Source of the DNA: Hormiphora californensis
Taxonomy: Eukaryota > Animalia > Ctenophora
Direction of reading: 5' to 3'
Length of the DNA: 64,000 bases
NCBI GenBank assembly: GCA_020137815.1
Contig: CM035360.1
Location: 7,254,001 to 7,318,000, forward strand
This document shows positions 58,901-64,000 of this stretch, in pieces (the first letter of the stretch is position 1; every line of letters starts with the position of its first letter). Made by a program: the position numbers and the translations under genes. The notes below the pieces were generated by a model. It saw nothing but the letters and a program-made list of their open reading frames with translations, ran no database searches and was not told where the DNA came from.

Positions 58901-61900
58901 AACGTCTTCCAAGCATGAAACTACTGTCACACTTGAGACTCGAGTTGGAGATGCGGTTTAAAGTTGAAGCACTTGGTAACCAACTGGGGTCTCCTAAGCA
59001 ACTGCCTTGGTTGCCATAGCAACTGTCTTGGTTATCATAGCAACTGCTTTGATTACCATAGCAACTGCTTTGGTAACCATAGCAACTTACTTAGTTACCT
59101 TAGTAACCAACATCGCATCAGCCAAAAAATGCTATTTGAGGCACAAAATTCATCAGGAAATATCAGAAATTTTGACGCTTGGTGAACTTATGATTCAATG
59201 GCCCTATGGGGATCACGTATCGGTTCGTTCCGAACCGTCTAATTAGCAGCAGGACATGCGATAAGATTCACTGATTCGAAACACGATTCGGACGTGGCTG
59301 GTATTCCTTTGAAAAATTTTCAAAAAATTTTCAAAAAAATTTCACGAAAAAAAAAATCAAAAAATTTTTGGGGGAAAAAAATCCTGCCACTAAATCGGGG
59401 TGCCACTAAATCGGGGGCCACTAAATCGGGGTCCGACTGTATCAGTACAGAGCTAACCACTTTTCCTAACCACTTTTCCTAACCACTTTTATATCATTAC
59501 AGAGCTAACCACTTGTCCTAACCACTTGTATATATCAGTACAGAGCTAACCACTTGTTCACTAACCACTGCAGGGTAACAGGCCATCAACCTCATCTGCG
59601 GAGCTAGAGGAATCCAGGGGTATGTGGGAGGTTATGGGTCAACGCAGAATGAGGAAGAACACTTACTCAGGCACTGTGGTACGTTGTTACTAATTGAGTA
59701 GTAATTAAATTATTGACTAATCCCTATTTAACTAATTAATATCTAATTAATCTCATTATCATAGGATCTACAAGAGGGAATGTTTCTGGATGATATTGAT
59801 ACTAATGATCCCTATGAAGTGGCCCATTATTTTGGGGTCCCCGCTTACCGCTCTGGATCTCGACGAAACAGGTAAAATTACTGATTTTTGCACCTGGTAC
59901 AAACACTTCATTTTCTATTGCTAATTGCTAATTATTATTGATTAATTAATTAATTAATTAATTGCTAATTGTGTTGCTATAATTACTGCTAATTGTGTTG
60001 CTATAATTACTGCTAACGCCTAACTCTCCAGTTTTTACAGGGAAGAAGATGGGACGGACAGACACAATAGTCGTGCTGGTATGAAACACACAGCACTCTT
60101 TAGCATAACTGCTGCTGCTGGAGCACATTTGGTTTTAACTTTGAAAAGTTTTATATCTGCTATTTGTTCCTCTTTTTTATATTTCCTAACATTGAGTACA
60201 CATGTAAACAATGGACCTAACATGAAATATAAGATATCCTTTTCGCAGAGGAACAGATACGTATGTTAGATGCCCTCTCCCTAGAGGCCCCAAGATACCC
60301 TACAGCCTCCTCGAACTCAATCCAACCAGAATCAGCAGGTACATACAGGGTCACCCTTTACAAATCGTGTTATAATGTGCCTGTAAAATGTATCAGTACT
60401 GTAAAAATGTAAAATGTATCAGTGATTCAACAAGATTCCATTGTATATCCGTCTCAGGTCGTCACATTCAGACCCAAACAAGGCTAACATCCAAACGGAA
60501 CAAGCGAACCCAAACAATCGAAGAATATCCGTCAACTGATTACGAGCTTGTTCAATTATCACTCTGTGGAATTGAAGATCTTGATATGTTTCATGATCAC
60601 ATCGTGTCCTATGATTCCGTGTCATCTGATCCGACTATTATTGAATCAAAAGATTTGATGGTCCGGGTGGGTGAGGATTATTACAGCTGGGCCGAGGCAC
60701 CTGGAAATGTCCTCCTAGCTATTGCTTTCCAAGATTTCCGATCAGTCACAGAGAGTGAGTGTGGTGAGAGAAGTGCCTCGTTGTATGACGAGACTATATA
60801 CGATGAAGAGGATAGGAGACCAAGATATACCAAGAAAGTGAGGTTATCCTCTGAAGAGATTGAACAGTTGGAATTGGAAAGTGGACCTAACGTTGTGACA
60901 TTTAGTGTTACGACCCGGCTCCAGGTAGGTTTGGGGAGTTTTGGTGACTGGATGTGTGATTTGTGTGTGACACACAGCAACACCCACGGTCGCAATAGTG
61001 TGGGTTTTGTTTTGTTCCGCGCGTTAGGTTTGTTGAGGTGAAAGTAGAGCAGTGTTAGCTAGCGCGCCGCGTCCAATTCTATCCGTATCACTCCATCTTG
61101 TTACTCCCTATCTTTCTACCTTCTCTTTTGATATCTTCCTGTTCCACTAGAGAATGGGAAATAGGGGTCTGCTGCTGTAGTAGTCACATCTAAAACAAGG
61201 CAGTGATCTGTAAGATGTGTAGACACTAATATTTTAACTCCCTCTGTCAGGGACAACCCGATGTACATGTACAGTATACCTGTGGGATCATACTGACAAA
61301 GTTATCATATCTGATATCGATGGGACAATTACCAGAAGTGATGTGTTTGGGCACATCCTACCGTGGGTTGGAAAGGATTGGACTCAGAACAATATCGCAA
61401 AACTATTCACCGCTATTGAAAATAATGGGTGAGAGAAATCATCAAATACAATTTGTATCTATTCATCTATCTTCCCTATGATCCCCCACAATTATGGTTT
61501 TGTTTAACTCACTTTCTCTCCCTCAGTTACAAGTTCCTATACCTGTCCTCACGAGCTATTGGACAAGCTTCAATGACAAAGAGTTTCCTAAAGTCGATCA
61601 AACAAAATGGCGTTGGTAAGAGAATCAGACACCGAATAGAATTAATTTTTATTGAGTTTGTAACACTACTTTGTCTAAACTCCTCTCCCTTTAGGAATAC
61701 CCGAAGGACCAATGTTACTCTCCCCTGACTCTCTGCTAAGAGCAATCAAAGATGAGCTGGTGTTACGGCAGCCCCATATCTTCAAAATAAAGTGCCTAAT
61801 GGATATCAAGAACCTATTTGGGAAGGACGCCAGCCCTTTCTATGCAGGGTTTGGGAACAGGGTTACAGATAGCAAGAGTTATCAGGCTGTGAATATCCCT

Positions 61901-62285
61901 CCACACAGGGTATTTATCATTAATCACAGGGTGAGTTGTCTTCCTGTGCAATTGTAGAAAAGCCTGGTTTATTCTTTGGGGGTCGTCAGTTTTACCCTAA
62001 TTAACTGTTTAAATTACACTCTGGGCATTTTTACGACTTAATAAAATGCCAAAATTCCCAGCTCTCTAACATCTTCCTTCCTCTCTGCAGGGTGAGATAT
62101 ACACCGAGAACTCGTTAGTTCAACAGCATACATACCAGGAAATATTTGAGCACCATGAGGTCTACTTCCCATCTTGTACATCCTGTCACAGGGGCCACGG
62201 ATCTGGAATGGTGGAGGAGGATTACCTGGCACAGAACTTCTGGAAGATGGACTTTGTTGAAATTGATGAGAGTGAATTGGCGTGA
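55965..62285 (+). CDS. LPIN: Lipin (phosphatidate phosphatase), multi-exon
   Basis: N-LIP exons 55965-56037, 56153-56259 ([13 protein letters not shown]) and 56851-56946. SDSEL and W.WG.LP motifs at ~57625-57757. Catalytic DIDGT at 61313-61327. [22 protein letters not shown] introns. TGA at 62283-62285. Confidence 0.93.
57244..57495 (+). repeat. 12 x 21-bp tandem repeat spanning a lipin exon/intron boundary
   Basis: gatatcaactaYcaggtgggt x12. Confidence 0.95.
57850..59570 (+). repeat. Intronic ~38-50-bp ctaaccactt minisatellite, split by a MITE
   Basis: Units at 57850-58110 and 59440-59570. Confidence 0.8.
58111..59439. mobile_element. TA-flanked Tc1/pogo-type MITE containing a HINE-like fragment (~58596-58750)
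   Basis: TA|cagtcggaccccgatttagtgg ... ccactaaatcggggtccgactg|TA. The internal block matches the reverse complement of ~810-930, including (GTCC)n. Confidence 0.82.
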
Positions 62286-62946
62286 ATACCAGGGACTTGT
62301 TTTGTTCAAACCCGGGGTGCGGGGAAACAGGGTCGAGCAAGGCAAGCTTGCGCAAGGGACTTCCCGGTCGCTCTCCAAAGCAAACGAGGGGTGTGACAGA
62401 AGTTGATTTTGTGATGAGGAGATGAGGGAGATTTTGTGTGATAAATCGAGATGATGTTTTCTTTTTTAATGATTTTTTTCTGTGTTATCTTGTGTGTGGG
62501 ATCAGAGTAGGGTAATTGATGTGCTTGTAGAGCTATGCCACCAGTCCTACTACCGCGTGTAGTCTGAAGGACTGTTTGGCACCACAGTTCCCTTATTTGA
62601 GTGGGGTCTAGTGCCGCCAGACAGACAAGGGAGGCGCTGTTTCAGCAATCCGTTTACAAAATTGTCTGACAATATTTTTTGTCAACTTGGTGCCGTGCAG
62701 TTGGTATATGATCCTATACCCACCGCTACCTCGGCTGTATGTATTTCCAATGCCCCTCTCTCGTGGAAGGCTTGGAAAGATCCAAATTAACGTGGTATGG
62801 AAAGATGTGTGTTGTTAGCTCTTCCTTTTTTGATTATTTGATTTCGTGCTCTCTTTCTATTGACTATGACATGTGTATATCATAGCTTCTTAGCTGTATA
62901 TTGTTTGTGTCAGAAAATCACCGTGTTTTGATTTGTTCCAATAAAG

Positions 62947-63198
62947 TAGGGGTTATCCAATCATTGAACACTTGGCGAACATGTTTCAGTGTTACAGTGC
63001 TGCTTGCAGTCAAAATACGGTAACGCAAAATACAGTAGAGACGCGCATGGTGCATAACGCGCAGCAAAAAGTTCATGTGTTAGCACGTACTAGCGCCCTG
63101 ATTGGTCACGGTTGCGCGTCGTCTTACTGTATCTTCGTTTTCCATTACCGTTTTCCCACTACAAGCGACCGTGTTACTGCCAGCTTGGATAACCCCTA
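62947..63198. mobile_element. Small MITE
   Basis: taggggttatccaa / ttggataaccccta termini. Confidence 0.6.
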
Positions 63199-63270
63199 AC
63201 AATTATATAAGGGATGGCATGGCCACTCCAAACCCGGTTTAGTTCTCTCGGCAGTGCGATAAGATCGGAC

Positions 63271-64000
63271 GGCAAATGTTCATTTGCCGCAGATGTCGTC
63301 TAGACCCTTTCTAGACGGAGTCAGACGGGTTTGAGACGTGCGTCTGAAGCCCGTTTAGACGGCACGTCTGAAACGGTCCCTACCCGTTTAGACAAAGTTA
63401 GACGGAGTTGGGCGAAGTCAGACGGAATCTATGAAATCAGACGGAAACCAAACCCATCTCAAACACGTCTGAACAGTGAACGTCGCCAATAGAAATACGG
63501 GAATACCGTCTCAAGCCCGTCTACAGCTAACCACGTTTAAACTTGGCTGCGAAGCAGCCCCTCCGCAGGAGTGTGAGGGGTTCGCGAAAAATCGCGCGCG
63601 AAAAAAGAGGGCGCGACGTGCCCAACGTTTAAATAAACGGGTTTTGGCCCAGACGGGCTTGAGACGGAGTTAGACGGGCTTTGGTAATGAAATTACCCCT
63701 CTGTTATTATTGCCCATACTATACAATATCAGGGGTGACTTCGTAACCAAGACGGGCTAGAGACGTGGTTGAGACGGAATTTCTATTGGCGACGTTCAGA
63801 CGTGCTTGAGACGGGTTTGTTTTCTGTCTGAGATTCCAACAATCAACATTCCGTCTGATTTCGTCCAACTCCGTCCAACTTTGTCTGAACGGGTAGAGAC
63901 CGTTTCAAACGTGCGGTCTAAAGCGGACGCACGTCTCAAACCCGTCTGACTCCTTCTATACGCCGTCGGGTGTAAAAACCGTCTAGACGGCGTTGGGACA
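63271..64000. mobile_element. Mutator/Foldback-like element related to 23030-26894 (runs off the window)
   Basis: Starts ggcaaatgttcatttgccgca. Arms are rich in gtctagac/agacgg motifs. 63300-63500 is mirrored at 63770-63990. Confidence 0.65.

Noticed and set aside
60388-61041. 217-aa ORF as a standalone gene
   Set aside because: It is an internal lipin exon with intronic extensions at both ends.

Overview
Eukaryotic, transposon-rich genomic DNA, most likely from a cydippid ctenophore (Pleurobrachia-like). This assignment rests on a ctenophore-type spliced-leader (SL) sequence and a short palindromic repeat, both recognised from memory and needing a search to confirm. Positions 1-37.2 kb hold three overlapping copies of a minus-strand F-box/WD40 gene (FBXW10/CDRT1-like). 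At least one copy looks like an error-rich false duplication with a 12,600-bp period. These copies are interleaved with nested MITEs, Helentron-type elements and LINEs. Positions 39.5-50.5 kb hold a 5'-truncated LINE split by a head-to-head double Penelope-like element (RT + GIY-YIG, four minimal hammerhead ribozymes), which is itself split by a TTAA palindromic transposon. Positions 53.7-62.3 kb are a tight same-strand cluster of RRP15, PSMA4 and lipin. The main finding is a full-length, TSD-flanked LINE (4241-8917) whose whole 5' UTR is the spliced leader. This suggests a promoter-less retrotransposon that cycles through SL trans-splicing. Its ORF2 also appears to be reached by a -1 frameshift.
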